In this document: piece after piece, positions 14,336 to 25,525 of the stretch
Position numbering within the stretch: position 1 is the first letter of the stretch
Layout: every line of letters starts with the position of its first letter
Origin: Eledone cirrhosa
Lineage: Eukaryota
Assembly (NCBI GenBank): GCA_964016885.1
Contig: OZ024755.1
Location: forward strand, 27,652,001-27,716,000
Reading direction: 5' to 3'
DNA: 64,000 bases
The notes under the pieces: generated by a model
What the model saw: the letters and a program-made list of their open reading frames with translations, nothing else
The model's database searches: none
What the model was told of the DNA's origin: nothing
Made by a program: the position numbers and the translations under genes

Positions 14336-14341
14336 TTTATT
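14336..14341 (-). terminator. Candidate polyadenylation signal AATAAA of the calcitonin-like gene
   Basis: AATAAA on the minus strand about 57 nt after the stop; common motif in AT-rich DNA. Confidence 0.35.
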
Positions 14342-14397
14342 CTCGAAATACAAACTCGAGAGGAATGTTTTTGTATCTGGCTTTAATAACTTGTTGG

Positions 14398-14569
14398 TCA
14401 GATAACATTGGCACGTTGCTGCAACTTTAATTGAATGGCACTTCTCTTCCTTCGTCCAGGACTTTTTGCACTGTCCAGATAACGCCATCTGTCTAAATCT
14501 ATGGAAGTGTGATACGTGGGACACTGTCCACCAAGTGCTCCTATTTTACTATCACAGCCTCTCTTCCGC
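14398..14569 (-). CDS. Calcitonin-like neuropeptide precursor, last coding exon (mature peptide 14559-14458)
   Basis: Acceptor CTTCTTTTCTTTCTATTGTAG; reads (A)RKR-GCDSKIGALGGQCPTYHTSIDLDRWRYLDSAKSP-G-RRKR-SAIQLKLQQRANVI*: two N-terminal Cys, C-terminal Pro-Gly amidation signal, basic cleavage sites. Confidence 0.9.
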
Positions 14570-14634
14570 CTACAATAGAAAGAAAAGAAGAATGTTTACA
14601 TCAAATAAAAAAAGAAGAAAAAAGATAATAATAA

Positions 14635-15020
14635 TAATTGTTGCTACTTTTGGCACAAGGCCAGCAATTACCCAGTGCATTACTGGTACTTTATTTTATC
14701 GACCCCGTAAGGATGAAAGGCAAAGTTAACCTCGGCGGGATTTGAACTCAGAATGGCAAGGGCCGTAACTCTATGCGTCAAAGCATGGCGTCTGACCCTC
14801 TACCGATACTGCCAATCCACTGCCAAAAAAGATAATAATTGTTTCTACGTTAGGCACAAGGCCAGCAATTATCGCAGTGTATTACTGGTACTTTATTTTA
14901 TCGACCCCGTAAGGATGAAAGGCAAAGTTAACCTCGAGGGGATTTGAACTCAGACCGTAAAGAGGCGTAACTCTATGCTGTAAAGCATGACGTCCGACCC
15001 TCTACCGATACTGCCAATCA
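14635..15020 (-). mobile_element. Two tandem tRNA-SINE copies
   Basis: Reverse complement of the SINE at about 14635-14823 and 14836-15020. Confidence 0.9.
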
Positions 15021-15467
15021 AATAATAATGATTTCTTTATTAACCACAAAAGGTTTACGTCAAGAAAAACATTATGACAGTACAGGACGAAAACATAGTG
15101 TGTGTGCGTGTATATATATATATATATATATATATGCGTGTGTGTGCGTGTGTGTGTGTGTGTGGTGGGGGTGGTGGTGCGTGTAAACAAATTTTAACAA
15201 TGTTAAAAAATATAACAATAAAATTAAAACAAAGTAAGTTCCTCAATAGGGAGGAGACATTCGAGGGTCATTCGTGGAAAAAACCCATAAAACCAGGGAT
15301 GTCTTGATCTTTAGGGTAAGAGCCCTGTCCCAGTTGTACTCGTCCAACCTACAGGCTTACACCTGTCTTAGATTCTTAAACATATCGTTTTCTACATGAG
15401 AACATTATGTTTATATATACAATGAATTATCGAAAGGCTTGGATGATTAGAAATTTGAAAATGTGGG

Positions 15468-15668
15468 ATTTTTAGCTGAGGTTAGCGACATAACTTTCAT
15501 CCGCAGACCCATTGGTGCATCAGGGCTGACGAAAAATGTTCTAATGGGATGTCGATCTTTCCTCATAAAAAACACAGGATCTTTATTTATCACCATACTC
15601 TCACCCTAGTCAAAGACTAATTGAATTATGCTCAATTAGTTCGACAATTCCTCTGTTGAGATTACAAG
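15468..15668 (+). repeat. Unclassified interspersed repeat (other copies 30305-30505 inverted, 30639-30764)
   Basis: Shared CCGCAGACCCATTGGTGCAT...GTCGATCTTTCCTCATAAAAA...TTTATCACCATAC; internal hairpin CTAATTGA-ATTATGC-TCAATTAG. Confidence 0.8.
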
Positions 15669-16224
15669 GAGATAACTGTAATAACAGCCGATCGCTATAA
15701 GTAAAAGCTTGGAAAAGGGTAAAATACCTCCAGGGACGGAAAAATAAGTGGCCAACAACTGTTCCTTGGGATATTTTATCCATGGCCTCCAAGTGCCTGA
15801 TCCATCGGAGCTCAGAAGTATCAGATCATACTAAGATCTTGATAGCGGACCTAATAAGAGGGATGATAGATGTGTCCCGCACGTGCGATCTAACAGAGTT
15901 AGACACACACACAGTACTTTATCCACGGCACACAGTACTCAATATGTGTGGGCGTGCGCACACATGTATCTGTAGATGTGAATGTGTCTGGTCTTTGTTT
16001 TAAAGAACAAAGACAACAATTCAGGGTTTCCCAACTTTGGGCGATTTCTGCTACTGGGTAGCTTAGTAGAAAATTGGGCAACTTAGTAGAAAATTGTGAG
16101 TGATTGGAAATTTTGGTGGACCATTAGGATTTTGTGTATTAATAAGGTATCTACTCGAAAATAATATCCAAAGGAGATATACAAAGAACCTGTATAAAAA
16201 AAAAAAAAAAAATTAGGAGGCTAA

Positions 16225-16662
16225 ATGGGAATTAAGGAGCACCTCTTCCTAGCAACTGTTGAGTTCGTTCTGCTTTACGGCAGTGAAACGTGGACTATTG
16301 ACGAAGTCCTATGCAAGAGACTTGACGGATGTTACACGAGGATGCTGAGAATGGCTCTCAACGTTTCTTGGAAACAGAAGCTGACAAATAAGGAACTATA
16401 CAGCTCAGTACCACCAGTCTCAAAAAGAGATGCCTGCTGACGAATGAAACTGGCCGGGCACTGCATCCGTCATCCAGAAGAGACAGCATCACAACTTGTG
16501 CTTAGGAAACCGGCGGTCGGACGAAGAAGCGTGGGAAGACAGGCCGTCTCATTCATTGATACCCTGCTGAGAGATGCCAACATTGATAACATCGACGAAC
16601 TGAGAAATGTCATGTTCGACCGGGACGATTGGAGGAGGCGTGCTGAATCTTTGCGAGTGTAA
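16225..16662 (+). mobile_element. RTE-clade LINE 3' fragment with in-frame stop
   Basis: VLLYGSETWT...LDGCYTRMLRMALNVSW...*RMKLAGHCIRH...GRRSVGRQ...DRDDWR typical RTE ORF end. Confidence 0.9.
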
Positions 16663-16666
16663 ACTC

Positions 16667-16982
16667 GAAAGAAGAAGAAGTAGAAGTAGAAGAAGAAGAA
16701 GAAGAAGGCAAAGAAGGCAAAGAAGAAGAAGAAGGCAAAGAAGAAGAAGAAGAAGAAGAAGAAGGCAAAGAAGGCAAAGAAGAAGAAGAAGAAGAAGAAG
16801 GCAAAGAAGAAGAAGAAGAAGAAGAAGGCGAAGAAGAAGAAGAAGAAGGCAAAGATGAAGAAGAAGAAGAAGAAGGCAAAGAAGAAGGCAAAGAAGAAGA
16901 AGGCGAAGAAGAAGAAGAAGGCAAAGAAGAAGGCAAAGAAGAAGGCAAAGAAGAAGGCAAAGAAGAAGGCAAAGAAGAAGAA

Positions 16983-17013
<31 letters not shown>

Positions 17014-17064
17014 GCAAATAATAATAATAAGAAGAAGAAGGTAAAGAAGAAGGCAAAGAAGAAA
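16667..17064 (+). repeat. Compound (AAG)n/GCA microsatellite, expanded LINE tail
   Basis: Starts immediately after the RTE stop codon. Confidence 0.95.
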
Positions 17065-17159
17065 TGGGAATAACTGGGCCACATTCCACGATATGATATA
17101 AATATCCTCCGCAAGCCAGAAACATTTTCTAGAGTTTTAAGAAGGGTCATTAACATTCA

Positions 17160-18097
17160 AATAGTTCTTCTGATAAAACAACATTTGTTTTCGGGTATAA
17201 ATCAGACCTTGAACAAAAGCTCGTGTAGAAAATTCACTGTTACTGTGGAGATCGATATTCTACATTTACAAATCTCTAGTCATTTTGTGAAACTGTCCAC
17301 AACTACTAGATAATTGTTTCTACTTTAGGCACAAGGCCAGCAATTATCCAGTACATTACTGGTACTTTATTTTATCGACCCCGTAAGGATGAAAGGCAAA
17401 GTCAACCTCGACGGGATTTGAACTCAGACCGTAAAAGGACGTAACTATGCTGGAAAGCATGGCGTCTGACTGTCTGACTCTCTACCGATACTGCCAACCC
17501 ACCGCCCTCCACAACTACTAGATAATACGATCCGTTTAACGATCCTGCAAAATCTATGTGTAACCTGATCCTTTGGGCCAAGGTTGAAATTTTATAGGTG
17601 GTGATTTCGCTGCAAGAGTACAGCCTCTGCAGGCATTTACTAATTTCTCGACATCGTGGTCCATTTTGGCCTGTAAACATAAATTCTCATGATTGACTTC
17701 ATCCTAGAAATTCCTGGATGTCCAGTGTGGAAATCATTTAACATTCGTTTTTGTAGTGAAACAGGCATTACGACCCTCTGTACATACATAAGTACATCAT
17801 CACATCGAATACGAGTTCGAATCCGTGTTACATCCAGCAACAGGCATTTTTTCTTTTATCTTCCAATCTCACTATTTTTTCATTTCATTAACAAACTCAT
17901 CCTTTTTTTGCCTTAATTTCTATTTCCTCCAATGTGACGGGCAATTCTCGCACACTGTTCCATAGTATATATTTTATTTTGTTTTCGGCTCTTAAAGCCG
18001 CGATCACAGTGTCTTCTAGTGGTCCACTGTATTTTGGTATTAATCTCGACAAATCATCCGCATTTTCCATTTTTTTTTTAGATGGCAAATACTCCAC
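17160..18097 (-). mobile_element. Gypsy LTR-retrotransposon pol fragment (RNase H end, HHCC zinc finger, start of integrase core), degraded
   Basis: MEYLPSKK..NADDLSRLIP; DFHTGHPGISRMKS; RLHIDFAGSLNGSYYLVVV; interrupted by a SINE. Confidence 0.88.
17315..17507 (-). mobile_element. tRNA-SINE inserted in the Gypsy integrase with 19-bp TSD
   Basis: TCCACAACTACTAGATAAT at 17296-17314 and 17508-17526. Confidence 0.93.
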
Positions 18098-18520
18098 TGT
18101 TCACAATTGACTACATCACTACTCCCCCGTATCATACAAGATCGAACGGACAAGCTGGACGCTTTGTGGACACGTTCAAAAGGGCGCTACAACAATTTAA
18201 CAATGAGGAAGCGGAGGAGGTATTGTTACAACAATTCCTGAGAGTTTACCGAGTAACGCCAAACCCAAATACCGTTTGAGGCATGTCACAGGCTGAACCG
18301 ATGTTTGCCAGAAAATTTTGATAAACTACTGCCAGGACGTAAAATAAAGACCTGGAGAAACAGCAATATTACATCCAAATATTTCAAATCTGAGGAGAAG
18401 GTATTTTTCAGAGTCTACAGGAATGGAAAGGAAGGTTGGGAAGACGGTGTAATAAAAAAAAAAAAAAATGGATCACTAAATGACGTACATGGTGCAAGGT
18501 TCGAAATGAGAACACAAAAG
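18098..18520 (+). mobile_element. Gypsy integrase C-terminal part, opposite orientation to the adjacent piece
   Basis: TPPYHTRSNGQAGRFVDTFKRAL...FLRVYRVTPNPN...EKVFFRVYRNGKEGWEDGVI. Confidence 0.85.
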
Positions 18521-18559
18521 GCAGATGTTTCTTACATTGTGTTTGTTTCGCTAGTAATT

Positions 18560-18893
18560 TAACAGCGTCCTTAGATACCAGGAAGTCAGGAACCGCACCA
18601 ACCAGCAGCTAGTCTAGTCTCTTCTGCCATCTGCAAGCGACGCCTGGGCTGGTTTGGGTCACGCTTTGAGACTTCCCCCGGAGAGACTGGCGAACCAAGT
18701 ACTTAAATGGAACCCACAGGGAAGCAGACGGAGAGGGCTACCCAAAATGAACTGGCACCAGACAGTTGAGAGGGACCTGCGAGCGACAAACAGACAATGG
18801 CGGGACGCTGTGCAACTGGCTGCTGACCGAACGCGGTGGAACACTATGATTGCCTCATGCGTCGCAAGACGCGGGAGCTTCTGAGTCTGAGTA
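18560..18893 (+). mobile_element. RTE-type LINE 3' fragment
   Basis: WFGHALRLPPERLANQVLKWNPQGSRRRGLPKMNWHQTVERDL...AADRTRW; short TGAGT tail repeat. Confidence 0.88.
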
Positions 18894-18899
18894 AGATAC

Positions 18900-19247
18900 C
18901 ATCTAGATAATAAACACAACCACAAGGATACGGTCCGAACGTGGAAGAGCCGAACTCCCACTGTCATCGCCTCCATCTCTCTCGCCCTCCCCATCTCTCT
19001 GTATGGTGGGTAAATGGGGTCCCACATGCTGGCCTCCCCACAGCCGTGGCGGACAGAATGGAGAAGGCGTTTCCCCGGCGGATGGTAAGGGAGATGCGCT
19101 GGAAGAGCCCTTCCATCTCGCGAGGCTCACACCTACGGCTGGCCAGCTCAGCACCTATGGTGGTGAGTAGGGAGGTAGCCCTAGGGCCAAGGACACCAGA
19201 AGTCTCCACTGCCGAGGGCACGGCCGCAAACCTGTCGGAGAGAGGTC
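18900..19247 (-). mobile_element. CRE-like non-LTR retrotransposon 3' end (restriction-like endonuclease C-terminus plus 3' UTR)
   Basis: PSAVETSGVLGPRATSLLTTIG...LFQRISLTIRRGNAFSIL matches the recalled P.AVET.G..G...FQR.S.AIQRGNA motif of CRE RLE domains. Confidence 0.75.
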
Positions 19248-19323
19248 AGGTTTTGATAAACTATTGTAAAATAAATACCAGGAGAAACAGCAATATTTCA
19301 AACCTGGGAATAAGGTGTTTTTG

Positions 19324-19493
19324 AGGGACATCAGACTCGGTTTGGATACTTCTGTCGCCCGTCATTTCTGTTCTCCTTATCATTCTTTCCTGCATGTTTC
19401 AGTACTGGGTGTCATGGATCACAGGCCTCGCGCACCAGGACTGAACAAAGTCTGATTCACCGCCTTGGGTCCTATTCCCCTCTTGGAAGAAAT
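19324..19493 (+). mobile_element. Penelope-like element GIY-YIG endonuclease C-terminal fragment
   Basis: RDIRLGLDTSVARHFCSPYHSFLHVSVLG, frameshift, then EQSLIHRLGSYSPLGRN. Confidence 0.75.
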
Positions 19494-19494
19494 A

Positions 19495-19585
19495 TGCTGT
19501 ATTCAGGCCTGGAGACGGTTGAACTCCGCTAGACTTAAAATGCCCAAGAAATGCTGTATGTCAATACGGCGACCCCACGATTCCT
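19495..19585 (-). repeat. Short interspersed repeat fragment (second copy at about 29575-29675, +)
   Basis: Shared GAATCGT..CGCCGTATTGACATACAGC..GGGCATTTT..AGGCCTGA.TACAGCA. Confidence 0.7.
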
Positions 19586-20403
19586 TCAGGAGATAAGAAA
19601 AAAAATTCTGTGTTTAGAAATGTGATGTGAAAGAACTCACTTGACTTATTTATTTACAAGTTTCCCACTGGGGACCTGGAATCCCTTTTGTGTTGAGCAT
19701 TCAATATTTCACATATCGTTTGGAAGTTTGAAATCAATGATTCCTCTTCTTGGAATAATGGCTGTACCTTATGGTGTAATGAAGCAGAATTTTTTTTTGC
19801 AAATTAACAGAGGGCGCTTTAGGTTTTATTTTATATTTCATCTAACGATGTCCCCCCCCCCCACCCTCACACACTTTTCAGTCCTCTCCATCTCATGGGA
19901 ACGTTTGGGTTCATTCTCCATTTCTACCAGTGCCATATATATACGAAGTTCCTGTGGTGTAGCGAAGCGACTCGATAAGAAGAAGAAGACTATTATTCTG
20001 TTGTTGGGTGGAGTTGTGAAAGAAGGTTTTATATATATTTTAGTATCATGCCTCTGATATTGTTGAAATACTTCTAGAACAAAAGGTTTTTCTCTGGATA
20101 TGATTAATGTAGTGTATTGTTAGTATAGCTAAGGTTTTAATTCAGTGAAGAGTAGAATGGTTTTCTTTTTTTTGCTGGATCAGCAACCGCTCTATTTAAT
20201 CAGTTCTGAAACATTACTGGAAATCTATAAGAATCCAGCTTCTATAATTCTCGGCAGAACCGAAGGGATAAGTAGTTTACTCCCCTTTGTTTTTGCCGAG
20301 AATAAATAAGTGACATAGTCACTACTTTAAAATTCATAGCGAATGGTCTTCAAAATGTTTTTAGTTAAACATATAGAATATAATCAAATATACTATAGAT
20401 ACA

Positions 20404-20519
<116 letters not shown>

Positions 20520-20560
20520 CGAAACATAAGTCAATTGCATGAACTCATAATCCTTTATTT

Positions 20561-20616
20561 ACTGCTATATATATTTCGATGATAGCCATTGAATGGCTAT
20601 GACCTCATCAGGCAGT
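20561..20616 (-). ncRNA. Minimal type-I hammerhead ribozyme, family 1
   Basis: ACTGC-CTGATGA-GGTcATAGCCATTCAATGGCTATcATC-GAAA-TATATA-TA-GCAGT: stem I ACTGC/GCAGT, palindromic stem III, AUA cleavage triplet. Confidence 0.85.
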
Positions 20617-21066
20617 TAGTCAGTTCTTAGATATGCCAGCTCTGTGTTTATAGTGTTGTTGGTATCAGAGCCTTGGGACATATGAGCTTCTTAGGAATAA
20701 TTTAATGTTGTCACCAGGAATAGTCTTGATTCTCACTGGTCAGTTTGTAGATGGTAGTAGGGTTGGTATTTGACCTGAAAGAGGCAGGTGGTGTTGTAAA
20801 GTTCAAACCGTCGGGCAAGATGACAATAGTTCCATATGACTGATTTTCATAAAAAGCATTCCTGGGCAGATATATATCCAATTGAGGTTTATAATATGAA
20901 ATTCGATACTACAGGTCATTCTTAAATTGAGGAATTTATGTGGAGTGGTGCTACTGAAGTTTATGGTTAGAGTAGAACATTTACAAATAAAAAGACTTAT
21001 GTAGGTTGGATTGCACTACACTCACACCCACCTCCACAGACACACACACACATATATATATATATT

Positions 21067-21243
21067 TATAGGAACGAGTAGGACCCCGACGGCTGAGCTC
21101 AAGCCGTTTCGACGGCTAATTCTGGAAACGGCTTGAGCTCAGCCGTCGGGGTCCTACTCGTTCCTATTACCCACTCTACTACCCTAAGTATTGAGTACTT
21201 TGGTGTGTTATGGTCCATCTGGTTCCTTACCACATTTCCTTCG
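21067..21243 (+). mobile_element. Palindrome-headed short element in TA-rich sites (copies 26363-26556, 56317-56511; partials 22483-22546, 25687-25770, 60578-60622)
   Basis: About 42-55-bp inverted arms (GACCCCGACGGC.GAGCTCAAGCCGTTTC) followed by about 80-bp tail TTACCCACTC...GGTTCCTTACCAC..TCCTTCG. Confidence 0.85.
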
Positions 21244-21506
21244 TTATATATATATATATATATTTATAAATTTCTGCGATTCTGTCACAACACGTAAAGA
21301 GGAAGGAGTAGTTTCGCTACCTCATACTACTCCTCTCTCTTTACGTCTACTGCCTGCGTGAATGTATGTGTGTAAAAGGAAGTAAGGGGATTAGTGAAAA
21401 AAAAAACAACTAACTATGTGTGAGTGTATGTGTATGTGTGTTAGTGTGAATGTATGTCTGTGAGTGTATTTTTGTAAGTGTGTCTGTGTTTGTGCGTTTA
21501 TATTTA

Positions 21507-22473
21507 CTAGCAGAAAAACCACCCGAAAGGTGGTTTTTCTGCTAGCATGTGTAGTGTGTATATTGATATTATACGCAAGTATACACGCATGTAGATATGA
21601 TACGTCAAATAAAATCGTAATTGACAATATACACAGAAATTGAAGAGAGACTGTGTTACACTGTCTTCTGTAATCAGTAAAGTAATCCATGATACATTTA
21701 AAAAAAACGATATTATATATCTGCTAGCATGTGTAGTGTGTATATGGATATACACATGATACATTTAAAAAAGACGATATTATATATCTGCTAGCATGTG
21801 TAGTGTGTATATTGATATACACATGATACATTTAAAAAAGACGATATTATATATCTGCTAGCATGTGTAGTGTGTATATTGATATACACATGGTACATTT
21901 AAAAAAGACGATATTATATATCTGCTAGCATGTGTAGTGTGTATATTGATAGAGACATGATACATTTAAAAAAGACGATATTATATGTAAATTGATATTA
22001 TATGTAAATTACGGTGAAATCTAATGAAACCTTATATAACGATGCAAATATATGGATGTTTATATAAGCAATGTAATAAGTGTTATGATATAATGGACAC
22101 TAACCGGAAGTTTAGACATTTGAAAATTTTAAAAGAAGTGAATCTTAAAATAAGCAATCATTATATATAAGAATATTTATGTTTAATCAACAGCTACGAA
22201 ATTTAGTAGATACATTATGTAATATTCATTCTTTATTTGTTGAAGGGCGGTGGATTGGCAGTATCGGTAGAGGGTCGGACGCCATGCTTTGCAGCATAAT
22301 TACGTCCCTTTACGGACTGAGTTCAAATCCCGCCGGGGTTAACTTTGCCTTTCATCCTTACGGGGTCGATAAAATAAAGTACCAGTAATGCACTGGTGAA
22401 TTGCTGGCCTTGTGCCAAAAGTAGAAACAATTATTTATTGAAAGTAATCTAACTTATTTTACTATAGTTATGA
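21507..22473 (-). mobile_element. Helitron A second copy with internal 67-bp tandem array and SINE insertion
   Basis: Same CTAG/hairpin end and internal sequence as 12939-14209; 4 x 67-bp units at 21721-21985. Confidence 0.75.
22246..22430 (+). mobile_element. tRNA-SINE with imperfect TSD inside Helitron A
   Basis: TTATTTGTTGAAG / TTATTTATTGAAAG flanks; empty site at about 14112 in the other copy. Confidence 0.92.
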
Positions 22474-23132
22474 TATACTCATACGTTCGGATCTAGCTGT
22501 CGAAACGGCCGGAGCTCAGCCGTCGGGGTCCTGACTCTTTTCCTATATACTCATACATATAAATGTATACATATGCACGTACACACACGCATGCACACAC
22601 CTATATATACATATACGCGTCAGCGCATGAAAAAGAATCTAGTACAATTAAAATATGTTTTGTTATGAAGGGTATAATATATTGTCTATATTAAATTTTG
22701 GTTTAGTCTAGACTAGTTAATATGGGTATGATATATTTTTAATAGGTTAACGATGATTAATTAATAGTGCCAGTCGTGATATTTGTAGCTGAGTTATGGT
22801 ATTTTGTAAGAGAGGTCACGCTTGGTTCAGGCTTGTTGTATTCATTTACTTTTATTTAGATGTTGGGTGGGGTTATGAAAAAGGGAATTACACATATATG
22901 CACACATATATTTATATATTAGTATATATATATATATATATATTGTTATATTTTGGGAGGGTCATGTTGCCAATAAGAAACACACGCACCATAAGTAACA
23001 CAAGCAGCGATTCTTTGCTTAAACTTTAATCTGTTATTTTAATAAATATTTGCTCTACGGTTCTTATATATCTGATATATATTTATCCTTATCGAGCCCT
23101 CTTTGGATTTTAGTCTTCAAATCTATTATTAT

Positions 23133-23192
<60 letters not shown>

Positions 23193-23231
23193 GAAAAAGT
23201 GAGTCCTTCATCATATATATATATATATATA

Positions 23232-23863
23232 GTTATACTTTGGGAGGGTCATGTTGCCAATAAGAAACACACGCACCAGTTGCTTTCACTTCAATTTATT
23301 ATAAATTAAATTTATAAATTTAGGAATTTATAAATTTCCGGTTGGTTGGTTGGTTCCACAACCAGACGATTGTTCATATATTGTCAAAGTTCTTTCGTCA
23401 CACATTCTGTGACCTCTTCGGTGACTGGGGATTATTTTCTTTGTTTTTGTGCCTCTCCTTTGTTCTGTCCTACGCCATCTTCTTTTTGTGTGTGTTGTGT
23501 GCTTAGTTTGCGCATGTGTTACATCCGGGTGTCTGTGTGTGTTTATATTTGTTTATTTACATGTTACTGGTTGTTTGTTTGTTTTATGTGTGTGTGTGTT
23601 TTCATTTTGTCCTTAATTGTAAGTTGTGATGTTGCTATTCCATTCATGTTTTCTATTTAATTTTGGTTGGAGTTCATTGGAGTTCACTGAAGAGGTCACA
23701 GAATGTGTGACGAAAGAACTTTGACAATATATGAACAATTGTCTGGTTGTGGAACCAACCAACCAACCGGAAATTTATAAATTCCTAAATTTATAATAAA
23801 TTGAAGTGAAAGCAACTGGTGCGTGTGTTTCTTATTGGCAATATGACCCTCCCAAAGTATAAC
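23232..23863 (-). mobile_element. 5'-truncated Penelope-like element with inverted pLTRs
   Basis: Inverted arms 23232-23425 and 23684-23863; minus-strand ORF end NELQPKLNRKHEWNSNITTYN* (GIY-YIG P.LN motif); hammerhead in each arm; related pLTRs at about 22944-22990 and 26060-26345. Confidence 0.82.
23682..23725 (+). ncRNA. Minimal hammerhead ribozyme, family 3 (inverted twin at 23383-23425 has mutated core CCGAAGA)
   Basis: GTTCA-CTGAAGA-G-GTCACA-GAATG-TGTGAC-GAAA-GAAC-TT-TGAC. Confidence 0.65.
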
Positions 23864-23922
23864 AATATCGGTTTCAAAACACGTTTTCAGATAAAGAATC
23901 TTGCTAAACAAATTCAGAAACG

Positions 23923-23970
<48 letters not shown>

Positions 23971-24108
23971 CCAAAGGTTAGTATGGTTCGTTGATTACTC
24001 AACGAATACAATATTACAATAGATTAGAAGCACTCTAGGATTTTCCTGGAGTTTTTAATATTATTCAAAATGTTAACAAATGAAAAATATTCTCATAATC
24101 AAAATATA

Positions 24109-24171
24109 TATTTTATTATACATATTTCAAAGGTACTATGGTGTTTAAGTACGTTTTCATCAGACAAAATA
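24109..24171 (-). ncRNA. Minimal type-I hammerhead ribozyme, family 2
   Basis: TATTTTGT-CTGATGA-AAAcGTACT-loop-AGTACcTTT-GAAA-TATGTA-TA-ATAAAATA. Confidence 0.75.
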
Positions 24172-24239
24172 TATGATTTGATATGTGACATACCGTTACG
24201 GTATTGATTATTGAATTCCAGTATTGGCTGTCATATATA

Positions 24240-25525
24240 CAAGGTGTGGACGATATTTGTTCGCAATTTTCAACTGCTAATTTTATGCAATTTTTTTTTA
24301 CTTCCGTTGTCACTCTTGTCTTCATAAAAACAGTGACTATATTTCCATTATTTATTTTCAGAATAATTGATTATGAATAATTTTGAACCTCCAAATTTGT
24401 GGAAGAGACGCGGAGTTCTTCTTGGAATCCGCGCCGGGAGGACAAATAAAGAAAATTCAGACTTTCTCAGCATCAGCAGGAGAATGGTAGACAAGGTCAG
24501 AAAGGAATTGGAAGATTCAGGATTCGACTACGAAGCAACATCAGCGAGGAAAGCACATGATCGACGATCTGACGCCTTCAGAACGCCTGAGTTCGTCGCT
24601 GAAGTTCAGGATATCATCAACAATGAACCTAGCAAGTCGATGCGTGCCATTGCAAAGGAGAAAGGCGTGGATGAAAAGCTCATTAGGCTGGTGGTACATG
24701 AAGACATTCGCTACGTTTCATACAAGATGACGAAAGGACAATTTCTGTCAAAGGCGATGCAAGAAAAGCGACTGAAGCACGCAAAGAAGCTGATCAACAA
24801 GTTGATTCACCCACTGGAGCCAGGCATGCTGTGGTTTTTCTCCGACGAGAAAAACTTCTGCCAAGACCAGAAGATCAACTCCCAGAACAACAGGTGGCTC
24901 GCTGTCTCATCCAAAGACGTGCCCAGAGTTATGCAGACAAAGTTTCCAGCGACAACATTGGTCTTAGGTGTCGTTAGCAGTCAAGGTGACGTCATGCATC
25001 CTCACTTCTTCCTTGAGGGCCTCAAGCTGAACACCGATGGCTACATCAGCGTTCTGAGCGAGGTAGTAAAGCCCTGGATCGACCAGGTAGCTGCAGGTAG
25101 GCCGTACGTGTGGCAGCAAGACTCAGCGCCCTGCCATACCAGCCAAAAGACCCAAGCCTAGCTGTTAGAGAACTTCGTCGACCACACTTCACCTGACATC
25201 TGGCCTCCCAGCTCGCCTGACTGCAACCCCCTCGACTTCTTTGTGTGGGGCGCAGTGGAACGAGACACCAACAGATCTAGCTGCAATACGAAAGACGATC
25301 TGAAGACCAGGACCACAAGTGCCTTTAGGGGGACAGTGATGAAGGCCTGTAGCCGGTTCCGAGGCCGCCTTGAGGCCGTCATCAAAGCCGGGTTTATCGA
25401 ATGAGATCGAAAGAACAAGTCATGAAGACAAACTGACCCAAGTTTGATAAATAAATCTTAAAAAATAAAACTACTGTGTTACTTTTTCCTAGACTGTAAT
25501 CTTGCGAACAAATATCGTCCGCACC

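Noticed and set aside
15690-15900. Possible exon (ELRWIRHLEAMDKISQG)
   Set aside because: Stops in flanking frames and no consistent splice sites or recognisable family
16470-17156. Poly-Lys/Arg histone H1- or protamine-like ORFs (also 61471-61803)
   Set aside because: Translations of (AAG)n and (GAAA)n microsatellites
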